The notes under the pieces: generated by a model
Told to the model about the DNA's origin: nothing
Seen by the model: the letters and a program-made list of their open reading frames with translations, nothing else
The model's database searches: none
Part shown: positions 21,344-31,399 of the stretch, in pieces
Numbering within the stretch: the stretch's first letter is position 1
Layout: each line of letters opens with the position of its first letter
Position numbers and translations under genes: made by a program
DNA from: Clostridia bacterium
GTDB lineage: Bacteria > Bacillota > Clostridia > TANB77 > CAG-508
Length of the DNA stretch: 64,000 bases
Assembly: GCA_017626365.1 (NCBI GenBank)
Contig: JAGAIV010000001.1
Location: 31,429 to 95,428, forward strand
Reading direction: 5' to 3'

Positions 21344-23530
21344 CTATTTCAATGTTGGATATCCTTCATTCTTTCCATCCGTATTTTGTTGCCATATATC
21401 TGAATTAGCTGTTACTAGTTCATTCAATTTCGTTAACATACCTTCCTTTGTTTCTACCATTTCTACTTGCCCTTGGGCATCTTCTATGCATCCTATACCT
21501 CTTGTATAAGTATCATTTAAATAGTAGTTGTTTTCTAAGGTATTACTACTACTATCAGTATATCCTAATATAGCTCCTATATCACCTGTTTTCTCTGTTT
21601 TTATTTTTCCTAGATTATAAGCCTTCTTTATTGTAACACTATTATCTGTAATATATCCTACAATTCCTCCTAAGTAATTATTATTTGTAATTGAAGTAAT
21701 ATCTCCCGTATTATATACATTCTCTATTAAATTTGTTTTATTTATATATCCTACAATTCCTCCTAAATAACTACTTCCTTCTATATCTCCAGTATTATAA
21801 CAATTAACTATATTCGTCACATCTCCACTTCTTCCTGCAATACCTCCGATATAATTACCTTTTCCTAAAACATCTCCAACATTATAACATTGTTCTATAT
21901 TCGCTTTCTTGCTATAATAAATTCCTCCAGCAATTCCTCCTAAATAACCTCCAGAATTAGAGCAAGTTTTAATTTGTCCTAAATTATAGCAATGTTGAAT
22001 TAATATTGCATCATTACTACTATTTGGATAGTAATATCCTACAATTCCTCCTAAATTTCCTGTTCCTTCTATATTTCCGATATTGTAAGAATTCGCAATT
22101 GTTAAGGTTTTGCAATCTTCACTATATTTTCCAATTATGCCACCTATTTCAGAAGATTTTAACTTCATATCTTTTAAATTAGAACTATTATCTATTTGCA
22201 TTGTAGAGATACTATAAGCTTGTCCTATGATTCCTCCTATTTTTCCTCCATCGTTTTCAATTTTAAATTCACTATTGTTTTTACAGCTTTCGATAACAAT
22301 TGTGTTACATTTTTCTGCTTTTCCTATGATTCCTCCTATTTCTGAAATTCTTTCTCCAGTGATTGTACCATTTGTTTCACAATTTTTGATTTCTACTGTA
22401 TCAGTTTGATATATACATGCTATTAACTCGCTTATGTAGTAACCTCCTGCTACTATGTTGCTATTAGTAGTTGTATCACTTATTTGAATTTTTCCCTGTA
22501 TAGGGTATGTATAGTTGTGAGCTCCCAATATTGGTGCAACATAACCTGGATAAGATGTTATATTTCCCGTTACATGACAATTACTTACTACAACATCTCC
22601 TGCTCCTTTATTTCCAATAAGAATTGCTGTTCCATAGGTATTTTTATCATTTATTATTTCTGCATTTGCTAAAGTAAGATTGGTAATAGTAACATTGTCA
22701 CCTGTTCCGATAAATCCAACCTTTACATTACTATTATCATTTTTAATATACAAATTTGATATGGTATGGTTGTTTCCATCTATATTTCCTTTGAACGAAT
22801 AATCTGTACCATTATAATAATTTCCAATAGGTCTAAATCCTGCTCCACCTGTCATTTCTTCTATTAACGTTTTTGCTTCTCCATCATCATTTACATCGCC
22901 ATAATCTGTTCTTGTAGCATCTACATATGAGTTCACAGATGCAAAATTTAAATCATTTTGTATTTTAAAATATTTTCCTTCGTAAGTTTCATATGTTTCT
23001 AGTTGTGTACCTGCTTTTACTTCTGAATATTTTGGTGATACCTTATTTGATAGTGAAACTAAATCTTCTATACTCTGTATTAAGTATGGATTTTCTAAAG
23101 TTCCATCTCCTTCCCATTCTCCTGGTGTATCATCATTTACTCTTGGTGCTGCATCTTGAACTGTTCCATCTGCATATACCTCATATTGCCTTTTGCTATC
23201 TGGATAGGTTACAATATATAGTTTTTCACTACTTTTCTTCGCTGTTATTCCATCTATTCCAGAATTATCTTTCATTGCTTTTTCTAATGTTGCTTCATCT
23301 GGTATTATCATACTTCCACCATTTTGGATTTGAATGTCCTTTAATGCTAATCCTAATATTTCTTTCTCATGTGCTATGTCATATTCAATTCCTGCTTCTT
23401 CTCCTCTTACCATTATTCCATTTTGTCCTAATGCTAAGTTTATTACAATTCCTGCTAATATTAGTAATACAATAATTGTAATAATTAATGCAATTAGTGT
23501 AATACCGTTATTTCTTTGTTTTCCTTTCAT
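21344..23530 (-). CDS. Prepilin-leader protein with a GLUG-like (GGIxG) beta-helix repeat region, 728 aa (family member A)
   Basis: N-terminus MKGKQRNNG|ITLIALIITIIVLLILAGIVINLALGQNGIM. About 12 repeats of the type CYNxGxIxGxxxxGGIVGY. C-terminus ends ...W..N...NEGYPTLK. RBS GAAGGAGG. Confidence 0.75.
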   Translation of the reverse strand: MKGKQRNNGITLIALIITIIVLLILAGIVINLALGQNGIMVRGEEAGIEYDIAHEKEILGLALKDIQIQNGGSMIIPDEATLEKAMKDNSGIDGITAKKSSEKLYIVTYPDSKRQYEVYADGTVQDAAPRVNDDTPGEWEGDGTLENPYLIQSIEDLVSLSNKVSPKYSEVKAGTQLETYETYEGKYFKIQNDLNFASVNSYVDATRTDYGDVNDDGEAKTLIEEMTGGAGFRPIGNYYNGTDYSFKGNIDGNNHTISNLYIKNDNSNVKVGFIGTGDNVTITNLTLANAEIINDKNTYGTAILIGNKGAGDVVVSNCHVTGNITSYPGYVAPILGAHNYTYPIQGKIQISDTTTNSNIVAGGYYISELIACIYQTDTVEIKNCETNGTITGERISEIGGIIGKAEKCNTIVIESCKNNSEFKIENDGGKIGGIIGQAYSISTMQIDNSSNLKDMKLKSSEIGGIIGKYSEDCKTLTIANSYNIGNIEGTGNLGGIVGYYYPNSSNDAILIQHCYNLGQIKTCSNSGGYLGGIAGGIYYSKKANIEQCYNVGDVLGKGNYIGGIAGRSGDVTNIVNCYNTGDIEGSSYLGGIVGYINKTNLIENVYNTGDITSITNNNYLGGIVGYITDNSVTIKKAYNLGKIKTEKTGDIGAILGYTDSSSNTLENNYYLNDTYTRGIGCIEDAQGQVEMVETKEGMLTKLNELVTANSDIWQQNTDGKNEGYPTLK

Positions 23531-23576
23531 TGTTTCCTCCTTCGTAAATTTTAGTAATATTTTACCTTATGTTATT

Positions 23577-23605
23577 ATTTTATATTAGCAAATATTACAT
23601 GTCAA
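23577..23605 (-). promoter_or_regulatory. Promoter of family member A
   Basis: Minus strand TTGACA-N17-TAAAAT, about 45 nt upstream of the start. Confidence 0.5.
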
Positions 23606-23650
23606 CTTTTTATTGAAATTGTTGTTACCTTTTATTTTTCAATTTAAAAA

Positions 23651-23680
23651 GCAAGGGGTACAGATAATGTCCCCCCTGCT
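23651..23680 (-). terminator. Terminator after the 115-aa ORF
   Basis: Minus strand GGGGGGAC-attatct-GTACCCC, then TTGCTTTTT. Confidence 0.55.
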
Positions 23681-23685
23681 AGAGC

Positions 23686-24033
23686 TTATGGCCAACTGTA
23701 CTGATTCATTACATCTTCCAGTTGTTTCAGTCTGCGTTTACACTCTTTCTGGTAATCCAAGAGATTTTGCATTTTTTTATTTTTTTCACAATCTAATAAT
23801 CTCTTGCCATATGAGAAAAAGTCTTCGTCCCCTTCTATGTGTGAAAGGATTTTTTTAAAGTTGGTAACATCTGCTTTTAAGATGTCTTTTAACCATACTT
23901 TAATGTCTTCAGAATCTTTTCTGGGAAGTAATTTTTCCTCAATACTGCTTTTGTATAGAACTTCATTGATACGTCCTTCTCTTATCCGAACCTCCATTGA
24001 AGTTCCATCCTGTAACTTCGTTACAATATCCAT
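23686..24033 (-). CDS. Hypothetical protein (115 aa)
   Basis: ORF bounded by a terminator, somewhat GC-richer than its surroundings. No recognised motif. Confidence 0.45.
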   Translation of the reverse strand: MDIVTKLQDGTSMEVRIREGRINEVLYKSSIEEKLLPRKDSEDIKVWLKDILKADVTNFKKILSHIEGDEDFFSYGKRLLDCEKNKKMQNLLDYQKECKRRLKQLEDVMNQYSWP

Positions 24034-24180
24034 ATCTTGCTCCTTTCTGCTTTACTTCTTCGAGTATCGATATTATTATACTCTAATTTTATGTAAAATT
24101 CAAGAATGTATGCCACTTTTTGCATGATTCTTCCTTATTTGTGGCATACTTTAAAAAAGAATTTTTTAGAGGTTGAATGT

Positions 24181-26802
24181 ATGAATACAAATTTAAAATT
24201 AGATGAAATTAATTTCGAAGAAAATTATGGGCTAGAAACTATTTTAGAGCCTAGCGAATTTTTATTAAAGATGAATTGTTTTAAAAATGGATTAACGAGC
24301 GAATTTGCTAAAGGCTTACTTCAAAAAGATGGACCTAATGAATTAAGGCAGGCTCGTCCTAAAAGATGGTATCATTACTTTTTCGAAAGCTTATTTAGTC
24401 CTTTTAATATTATTTTATTACTTATTAGTCTTGTTCTAATTTATACAGATATTATTTTATCGACAGAAGCTAATTATGCCAATATTATTGTTATTTTAGT
24501 GTTAGTAAGTGCTAGTACTATCTTAGAATTTACACAGGAATACCGTTCCAATAAAGCAGCAGCTAAACTTCGAAGTCTTGTTGCTGCTACTAGCACTGTA
24601 TTACGTGATGAGAAAAAAATACAGCTTCCCATGAAAGAGCTTGTAAAAGGCGATGTGGTTATTCTATCTGCTGGGGATATGATTCCCGCTGACCTTCGTA
24701 TTATTGAAGAAAAAGATTTACATGTTGGACAATCTACTCTTACTGGTGAATCGGAAGCGGTTCGAAAACTTTCTAATTCCAAATTAAAATCTACACAAGA
24801 TATCAAAACAGTAAGTGATTTAGACACTATTTGTTTTATGGGCACCAATGTCATTAGTGGTAGTGCAAAAGGTGTTGTTATTAAAACTGCAAATGATACG
24901 TATTTAGGAAAAATTGCTAAAAATTTAGAAACTGGAAAACCAAAAACAGCTTTTCAAAAAGGTATTGAAAATATTAGCAAATTATTAATTCGTTTTATGC
25001 TGGTTATGATTCCTATTACTTTTTTAGTAAACGTATGGAAACATGATATTTTACTTGCCTTTACTTTCTCTGTTGCCATTGCCATCGGAATAACGCCTCT
25101 TTTACTTCCTGTTATTCTTTCTTCTTCTCTTGCTAAAGGTGCCATTCGAATGTCTAAAAAGAAAACCATTGTAAAAAAAATGGATTCCATTCAAAGTTTT
25201 GGTGCTATGAATATTCTTTGTACCGATAAAACTGGAACTTTAACAAAGGATGAGATTGTCCTTCAAAAATATTTAGATATTCATGGAAACGAAAATTATG
25301 GTGTTTTAAAACATGCTTATTTAAATGCCTATTTTCAAACTGGTTTAAAAGGAAATATTGACACTGCTATTATCGATAAGGCAAATGAAATGAATTTATC
25401 GGGTATACCAAAGAAATATACCAAAATCGATGAAATCCCTTTTGATTTTTCAAGACGTCGCTTATCGGTTGTAGTATCAGATGGAGAAAAAAGGCAACTC
25501 ATTACAAAAGGCGCTGTTGAAGAAATTCTATCGATTTGCACTTTCGTATATGAAAACGGAAATATTTCAGAAATTACCCCTGAAATAAAAGATAACATTA
25601 GAAACTTTACAAAAAAATTAAATTCTGACGGTTTACGTGTCATTGCAGTATGTCAAAAAAATGATATTTCGGATATTACGAATTTTAGCATAAAAGATGA
25701 AACTAAAATGGTATTAATGGGATTTATCGGTTTTCTAGACCCACCAAAAGAAACAGCAAAAGAAGCAATTGAACGTTTAAACAAAAAAGGCATACGTGTT
25801 ATTGTACTAACTGGTGATAATTTGGAAGTAACAAGATGCATCTGCAATCAAGTTGGAATTCATTCTTCCAGAATCGTTTCTGGTAATCAAGTTTCTCGCT
25901 TATCGGATATAGCACTTCTTCGTTTACTTTATGATACGAATATTTTTGTAAAGCTTAGTCCAATTGAAAAAGCAAGAATCGTAAGGTTATTAAAAGAAGC
26001 TGGAAGTGTGGTTGGTTATATGGGTGACGGAATTAATGATAGCCCCTCTCTTACCAATGCAGATGTTGGAATTAGTGTTGATACCGCTGTTGATATTGCC
26101 AAAGAAACTTCAGATATCATTTTATTAGAAAAAGATTTAAATATTTTATTAGATGGGGCCATTGAAGGTAGAAAAACCTTTGCCAATCTTTTAAAATACA
26201 TTAAAATGGCTGTAAGTTTTAACTTTGGAGAAGTTCTCTCTGTACTAATTGCAAGTGTATTTCTTCCGTTTTTACCAATTACCCCCATCCAATTACTCGT
26301 ACAAAGTTTACTTTACGACTTTGGTCAATTATCCCTTCCTTTTGATAACGTAGACTCCGAATATGTTACAAAACCAAGAAAATGGAATTTAAAAGACTTA
26401 CGAAATTTTATGTTTTTCATGGGTCCCACAAGCTCTATCTTTGATTTAATGGTATTTGCTTCTTTATGGTTTGGTTTTGGCTTAAGAACCTCTGATAGTG
26501 CCCTTTTCCAAACCATTTGGTTTAGTTATGGTGTTGTTTCCAATTTAATCGGTCTACACATCATAAGGACCGCTAAAACTCCATTTGTCAAAAGCAATGC
26601 TTCACTTCCTGTATATGCAACCTCCATTACTCTAAGCATCATCGCGTTAATCGTACCTTTTACGATTTTAGGTAGTTGGATTGGACTTGTTCCATTTGCA
26701 CCAATTTATTTAGTCGTCATCATAGGATTTCCAATTCTATACTGTTTTATTGCAAGTGTAGTTAAGAAACTGTATATTAGGAAGTATGGCGAGTGGATAT
26801 AG
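24181..26802 (+). CDS. mgtA: Magnesium-transporting P-type ATPase (MgtA/MgtB type)
   Basis: Motifs: DKTGTLT, TGES, TGDN, GDGINDSP, with a 10-TM layout. ATG 24181 follows AGAGG. Confidence 0.9.
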   Translation: MNTNLKLDEINFEENYGLETILEPSEFLLKMNCFKNGLTSEFAKGLLQKDGPNELRQARPKRWYHYFFESLFSPFNIILLLISLVLIYTDIILSTEANYANIIVILVLVSASTILEFTQEYRSNKAAAKLRSLVAATSTVLRDEKKIQLPMKELVKGDVVILSAGDMIPADLRIIEEKDLHVGQSTLTGESEAVRKLSNSKLKSTQDIKTVSDLDTICFMGTNVISGSAKGVVIKTANDTYLGKIAKNLETGKPKTAFQKGIENISKLLIRFMLVMIPITFLVNVWKHDILLAFTFSVAIAIGITPLLLPVILSSSLAKGAIRMSKKKTIVKKMDSIQSFGAMNILCTDKTGTLTKDEIVLQKYLDIHGNENYGVLKHAYLNAYFQTGLKGNIDTAIIDKANEMNLSGIPKKYTKIDEIPFDFSRRRLSVVVSDGEKRQLITKGAVEEILSICTFVYENGNISEITPEIKDNIRNFTKKLNSDGLRVIAVCQKNDISDITNFSIKDETKMVLMGFIGFLDPPKETAKEAIERLNKKGIRVIVLTGDNLEVTRCICNQVGIHSSRIVSGNQVSRLSDIALLRLLYDTNIFVKLSPIEKARIVRLLKEAGSVVGYMGDGINDSPSLTNADVGISVDTAVDIAKETSDIILLEKDLNILLDGAIEGRKTFANLLKYIKMAVSFNFGEVLSVLIASVFLPFLPITPIQLLVQSLLYDFGQLSLPFDNVDSEYVTKPRKWNLKDLRNFMFFMGPTSSIFDLMVFASLWFGFGLRTSDSALFQTIWFSYGVVSNLIGLHIIRTAKTPFVKSNASLPVYATSITLSIIALIVPFTILGSWIGLVPFAPIYLVVIIGFPILYCFIASVVKKLYIRKYGEWI

Positions 26803-26898
26803 ACTAGTTCACATAAAATTGATTTATTGCAATATATGTGTTATAATAGAATTGTAACTTAAAACCAAAGAGTTTTGCATTTAACGGAGGATATCATC

Positions 26899-27090
26899 AT
26901 GAAAAAACCTATTATTTTTGTAGCTGGTAGTAGTGTCTTGCTTAATTTAAGTTTCGAAGAGCAATCTGAATTGCTGGAAACTATTGAAGCTACTTCTGGA
27001 TATGAAGAAATCAGTGATGGAGTTTTTTTAATCTCTGATAACAGCTTAATTAAGCATCTACAAAACGTTAAAGCAGGAGCATCTCTATGA
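26899..27090 (+). CDS. Small hypothetical protein (63 aa)
   Basis: RBS ACGGAGGA lies 8 nt before the ATG. The terminator overlaps the stop codon. Confidence 0.5.
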   Translation: MKKPIIFVAGSSVLLNLSFEEQSELLETIEATSGYEEISDGVFLISDNSLIKHLQNVKAGASL

Positions 27091-27120
27091 TGCACCTGCT
27101 TTATTATATTTTTTATTTTT
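27072..27120 (+). terminator. Rho-independent terminator
   Basis: AGCAGGAGCA-tctctatga-TGCACCTGCT, followed by TTTATTATATTTTTTATTTTT. Confidence 0.75.
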
Positions 27121-27157
27121 CACAACAATTCTTATACTTCTTACCACTTCCACATGG
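27121..27157. repeat. 37-bp exact duplicate of the secA 3' end (orphan SEC-C motif remnant)
   Basis: CACAACAATTCTTATACTTCTTACCACTTCCACATGG is identical to 28334..28370. On the minus strand it would encode only [12 protein letters not shown], with an in-frame stop just upstream. Confidence 0.9.
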
Positions 27158-27264
27158 GCTTGCAGTTTACCTCATTCTACTACACTTTAAAGCATTTTTA
27201 TGCTTATAATCGCACATTTTTGCACTGATTTTCACTACAATACACTTTGTCTTGCTAGCAGAAT

Positions 27265-27283
27265 GTATCTAAATTTGTATCTA
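27265..27283. repeat. Inverted-repeat arm (GTATCTA-N5-GTATCTA)
   Basis: GTATCTAAATTTGTATCTA. The reverse complement matches 28225..28242 except for one missing T. Confidence 0.75.
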
Positions 27284-27301
27284 TTTTATAGATGAAAAAC
27301 T

Positions 27302-28111
27302 TTATTTTGAGACTTTTTTAATTGCTAATTTTGACAATAAATCTGATAAATTTCTAAATTCTTTTGTAACTTGTATTTGTTCTTCAATATATTCTCCATC
27401 ACTCCAATATGTTTTTAACCCATATGACTCAATTCCATAAGCTGAAGAGTCACTTGTTATCAATCTGTATTCATCATCAATAATTTCTAATGCAGTGCAG
27501 TTTGACATTGACAAACTAAATGTATCTCTTGTCTTTAATAATTCTTTAACTGATTCATATCTTCCTGGAGCATCACAATGAGGAACGAATAATCCATCTA
27601 CAAAACCTAAACAATCCATAGCAATTAATGGTTGATCTGGACCGTATTTGATTTGCAATGAATCACTTGAACATTCTTTAAACCAACAATTTGCTCCTGC
27701 AGATACCCCACACATTACTTTTCCATTTTCCCAAGCAGTTCTTAATATTTTATCAAAGCCTGTTTCTTTCCACAGTTTTATCATATCTAGTGTATTGCCT
27801 CCACCCTCATATATGATATCTGACCATTCAACTTTCTTTTGTACTTCGTCTAAATTATTTAATTCACTACTTTTAATATCTCTACATTCACAGCCATACA
27901 TTTTCTCATAAATATTTCTCATAGTATTGAAATAAAAATCTTGCCCCTCTAACGGAACAGAATGTCCTATAAATAGAAAATGTGGTTGTTCTTTACCTGT
28001 TAATCTTATAATTTCTTGGTCCATTGGACCTGTTTCATAAGGATCATATGTTCCATCAGAACATAATCTTCCATTTTTTCCTCCACCTATTGCTACTATT
28101 TTTCTTGACAT
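27302..28111 (-). CDS. Peptidase S51 (dipeptidase E-like, type 1 glutamine amidotransferase-like fold)
   Basis: 269 aa. Starts MSRKIVAIGGG, contains YEGGGNT and the nucleophile elbow GVSAGAN. Confidence 0.7.
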   Translation of the reverse strand: MSRKIVAIGGGKNGRLCSDGTYDPYETGPMDQEIIRLTGKEQPHFLFIGHSVPLEGQDFYFNTMRNIYEKMYGCECRDIKSSELNNLDEVQKKVEWSDIIYEGGGNTLDMIKLWKETGFDKILRTAWENGKVMCGVSAGANCWFKECSSDSLQIKYGPDQPLIAMDCLGFVDGLFVPHCDAPGRYESVKELLKTRDTFSLSMSNCTALEIIDDEYRLITSDSSAYGIESYGLKTYWSDGEYIEEQIQVTKEFRNLSDLLSKLAIKKVSK

Positions 28112-28224
28112 ATTATCATCTTCTTTATCAATTATATTACAAAATGCCTACTACGCATGGGACATTGGTCACTTTTCTTAAAATCGCTTTGTTTTTCAAT
28201 GTTTTTTGTGCATTATTTTTATTT

Positions 28225-28242
28225 TAGATACAAATTAGATAC
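28225..28242. repeat. Inverted-repeat arm (TAGATAC-N4-TAGATAC)
   Basis: TAGATACAAATTAGATAC, partner of 27265..27283. The two arms bracket the S51 gene. Confidence 0.75.
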
Positions 28243-28298
28243 ACTTAGAACGTATCCAAAATTGTATTTAATTTATATCTTCTAAATTTTTGTATTAG

Positions 28299-28323
28299 AA
28301 AAGCCCTTATTTTACGGGCTTTA
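28299..28323 (-). terminator. secA terminator
   Basis: AAGCCC-ttattttac-GGGCTT hairpin directly after the secA stop. The U-tract is weak. Confidence 0.55.
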
Positions 28324-28325
28324 TT

Positions 28326-31052
28326 TTACTTTCCACAACAATTCTTATACTTCTTACCACTTCCACATGGACATGGGTCATTTCTTCCTACTTTTGGTCC
28401 TTCATTTTTTACTGTCACATGAGTTTGTTCTGCTCCACCATTTACATCATTTATATTTTCTAAAGAAGCATTGGTAATTCTTGCTGTTTCTGCTCTTCTT
28501 ATTTCAGTTTGTTTTTGAATGTTTAATAAAATTCTTACTACGTCATGTTGAATGTCGTAAACCATTTGATCAAACATTTCGGTTCCTTCAATACGGTATT
28601 GAACAACTGGATCTTTTTGTCCATATGCACGAAGTCCAATTCCATCTTTTAATTCGTCCATAGCGTCAATATGGTCCATCCATTTTTGGTCTACTACTTT
28701 TAGCATAACAACTCGCTCTAGTTCTCTTAAGTCTGCTTCTCCAATTTCTTGTTCTTTTTCTTCATAACGAGCGAATGCTTTTTGTTTCAATTCTTCTAGT
28801 AGTTTTTGCTCATCGAACTTTTTATCTTGCAAGCATTCAATATTTTCTAGTCCAAATTCTGTTCTAATTTCTTCTTTTAGCGCTTCTTTATTCACAACTT
28901 CTTCCATCGAATAAGAAGTTACCAGACTCTCAGCTAATTCTTCAATCATATGCATGATGTTTTCTTTTAAATTTTGTCCATCTAATACTTGTTTTCTTTG
29001 TGAGTAGATAATTTCTCTTTGTGTATTCATAACATCATCATATTGAAGTACATGTTTACGAATACTAAAGTTTCTTCCTTCAACACGTTTTTGTGCTTTT
29101 TCAACAGCACCTGAAATAATTTTAGATTCGATTGGCATATCTTCATCTGCTCCAAGTGTGTTATATACACTAGTAATCATATCTCCACCAAAGATTTTCA
29201 TTAAATCATCATCAAGACCGATATAAAATTTAGATTCACCAACATCTCCTTGACGTCCACTACGTCCACGAAGCTGATTATCAATTCTTCTAGATTCATG
29301 TCTTTCTGTACCAATAATTTTTAATCCACCAGCTTCAATTACTTTTTCTTTTTCTTCTTTAATCTCGTCATCATATTTTTTTACTAAACTTCTAAATTTC
29401 TCTCTTGAATCTAAAACATCTTTATCTTCTGTTTCATTAAATGCCATTGCCTCTTCTATTTGCTCATCGGTATATTTTAATCGTTTCATTTCTTCTCTTG
29501 CCAAGTATTCACTATTTCCTCCAAGCATAATATCAGTACCACGTCCTGCCATGTTTGTTGCAATAGTAACAGCTCCCAATTTACCAGCTTGAGCAATAAT
29601 TGCAGCTTCTTGTTCATGGTATTTTGCATTTAATACATTATGTTTGATTCCTTCTTGTTTTAAAATTTTACTTAGCTTTTCTGATTTTTCAATTGATACA
29701 GTACCAACTAAAACTGGCTGTCCTATCCTATGACTTTCTTTTACGCTTTGTACAATTGCTCTATATTTTGCAGCTTCATTTTTATAAATAACATCATTTT
29801 CATCTTTACGAATCATTGGCTTATTCGTTGGTATTGATATAACGTCTAAGTTATAGATTTCTCTAAATTCTGATTCTTCTGTCATAGCAGTACCTGTCAT
29901 ACCTGCTAATTTTTCATACATTCTAAAGTAGTTTTGGAAGGTAATAGTTGCCAATGTCTTAGATTCATCTGCAATTTTAACTCCTTCTTTTGCTTCAATT
30001 GCTTGGTGAAGACCATTATTGTATCTTCTTCCATACATAATTCTTCCTGTAAATTCATCAACAATTAGAACTTCTCCATCTTTTACCATATAATCAATAT
30101 CACGTTTCATAACACCATGAGCACGTAATGCTTGGTTTACATGGTGAACAATTTCGGAATTATCTAAATCGTTGAAGTTATCAATACGGAAGAATTCCTC
30201 TGCCTTTTTAATTCCTTTTGCAGTAAGAGATGCTGATTTTGCTTTTAAATCTACAATATAATCATAGTTTTCATTATCTTGTGCTTGTTCTTCATCTTTC
30301 ACATCTTCTTCTACAATGACTTTTGCATTTAAACGTTTTACAAAATCATTTGCCTTTTTATAAAGTTCAGAAGATTGATTTGCACGACCAGAAATAATTA
30401 ATGGAGTACGTGCTTCATCAATTAAAATACTATCAATCTCATCCACAATAGCAAAGTGTAAATCTCTTTGAACTGCTTGGTTTTTATAAATTACCATATT
30501 ATCTCTTAAGTAATCAAATCCAAATTCATTGTTTGTTCCATAGGTTACATCACAAGCATATGCGCTTCTTTTTTCATCTGGTTCCATTCCAGAAATAGCA
30601 AGTCCTACAGTTAAACCTAAGAATTTATATACTTTCCCCATCCATTCGCTATCACGTTTTGCAAGGTAATCATTAACTGTAATAACATGTACACCTTTTC
30701 CTGTTAATGCATTTAAATATACAGGAAGAGTTGCAACTAAAGTTTTTCCTTCACCTGTCTTCATTTCCGCAATTCTACCTTGATGCAAGATAATTCCACC
30801 AATTAATTGCACGTCAAAATGTCTCATGCCTAATACTCTTTTAGAAGCTTCTCTTACAACAGCAAAAGCCTCTGGTAATATATCGTCTAATGTTTTTCCA
30901 TTCTCTAATTCTTTTTTAAATTCGGTCGTTTTTGCTCTTAATTCTTCATCAGATAACTTAGAAATTTCTTCTTCTAATCCATTTATCTTCTTCACAATTG
31001 GCATTACTCTTTTTACTTCTTTTTCACTATATGACTTAAATAGTCCCATCAA
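28326..31052 (-). CDS. secA: Preprotein translocase ATPase SecA
   Basis: 908 aa with DEAD-like motor motifs ([26 protein letters not shown]) and the C-terminal zinc-binding [15 protein letters not shown]. Confidence 0.98.
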   Translation of the reverse strand: MMGLFKSYSEKEVKRVMPIVKKINGLEEEISKLSDEELRAKTTEFKKELENGKTLDDILPEAFAVVREASKRVLGMRHFDVQLIGGIILHQGRIAEMKTGEGKTLVATLPVYLNALTGKGVHVITVNDYLAKRDSEWMGKVYKFLGLTVGLAISGMEPDEKRSAYACDVTYGTNNEFGFDYLRDNMVIYKNQAVQRDLHFAIVDEIDSILIDEARTPLIISGRANQSSELYKKANDFVKRLNAKVIVEEDVKDEEQAQDNENYDYIVDLKAKSASLTAKGIKKAEEFFRIDNFNDLDNSEIVHHVNQALRAHGVMKRDIDYMVKDGEVLIVDEFTGRIMYGRRYNNGLHQAIEAKEGVKIADESKTLATITFQNYFRMYEKLAGMTGTAMTEESEFREIYNLDVISIPTNKPMIRKDENDVIYKNEAAKYRAIVQSVKESHRIGQPVLVGTVSIEKSEKLSKILKQEGIKHNVLNAKYHEQEAAIIAQAGKLGAVTIATNMAGRGTDIMLGGNSEYLAREEMKRLKYTDEQIEEAMAFNETEDKDVLDSREKFRSLVKKYDDEIKEEKEKVIEAGGLKIIGTERHESRRIDNQLRGRSGRQGDVGESKFYIGLDDDLMKIFGGDMITSVYNTLGADEDMPIESKIISGAVEKAQKRVEGRNFSIRKHVLQYDDVMNTQREIIYSQRKQVLDGQNLKENIMHMIEELAESLVTSYSMEEVVNKEALKEEIRTEFGLENIECLQDKKFDEQKLLEELKQKAFARYEEKEQEIGEADLRELERVVMLKVVDQKWMDHIDAMDELKDGIGLRAYGQKDPVVQYRIEGTEMFDQMVYDIQHDVVRILLNIQKQTEIRRAETARITNASLENINDVNGGAEQTHVTVKNEGPKVGRNDPCPCGSGKKYKNCCGK

Positions 31053-31343
31053 TCTTGCCTCCTAAAAAATAAAATAATTCTTTTGTACTATATCACTAAT
31101 TAAAACTTTACGCAAGGAATTTGGAAGAATTAATAGATTTTTTGTTGCGTTTAAAATGAAATTCCCATTGATACTATAAAAATTTAAGCACAAAAAAGAT
31201 AGTAATTTGTAATGTACTGAACACAATATCATCGTAGGCACCTTTCGTAGCACCGCGGTCACGGTGAGCCTTTGAATAAGTACCATCATAGTAGTAAGAA
31301 TAATTGCCTCCACATAGCGTGTAAGGATAGTTCTCATCATAGC

Positions 31344-31376
31344 AAAAAGCAGACTTCTTCATTCATAATCTGCTTT
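31344..31376 (-). terminator. Terminator after the Rpn-family gene
   Basis: Minus strand AAGCAGA-ttatgaatgaagaag-TCTGCTT followed by TTTTGC. Confidence 0.5.
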
Positions 31377-31399
31377 CAATTTATTAATCTTACAATATT

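Noticed and set aside
24034-24180. M-box riboswitch upstream of mgtA
   Set aside because: The leader is only about 150 nt, and I see none of the conserved M-box helices or motifs. Only a simple TATGCCAC...GTGGCATA hairpin (24107..24148) is present. It is not called as a riboswitch.
31062-31340. 92-aa ORF upstream of secA
   Set aside because: No RBS. It spans the secA promoter region and the GC-rich relic, and translates to implausible sequence.
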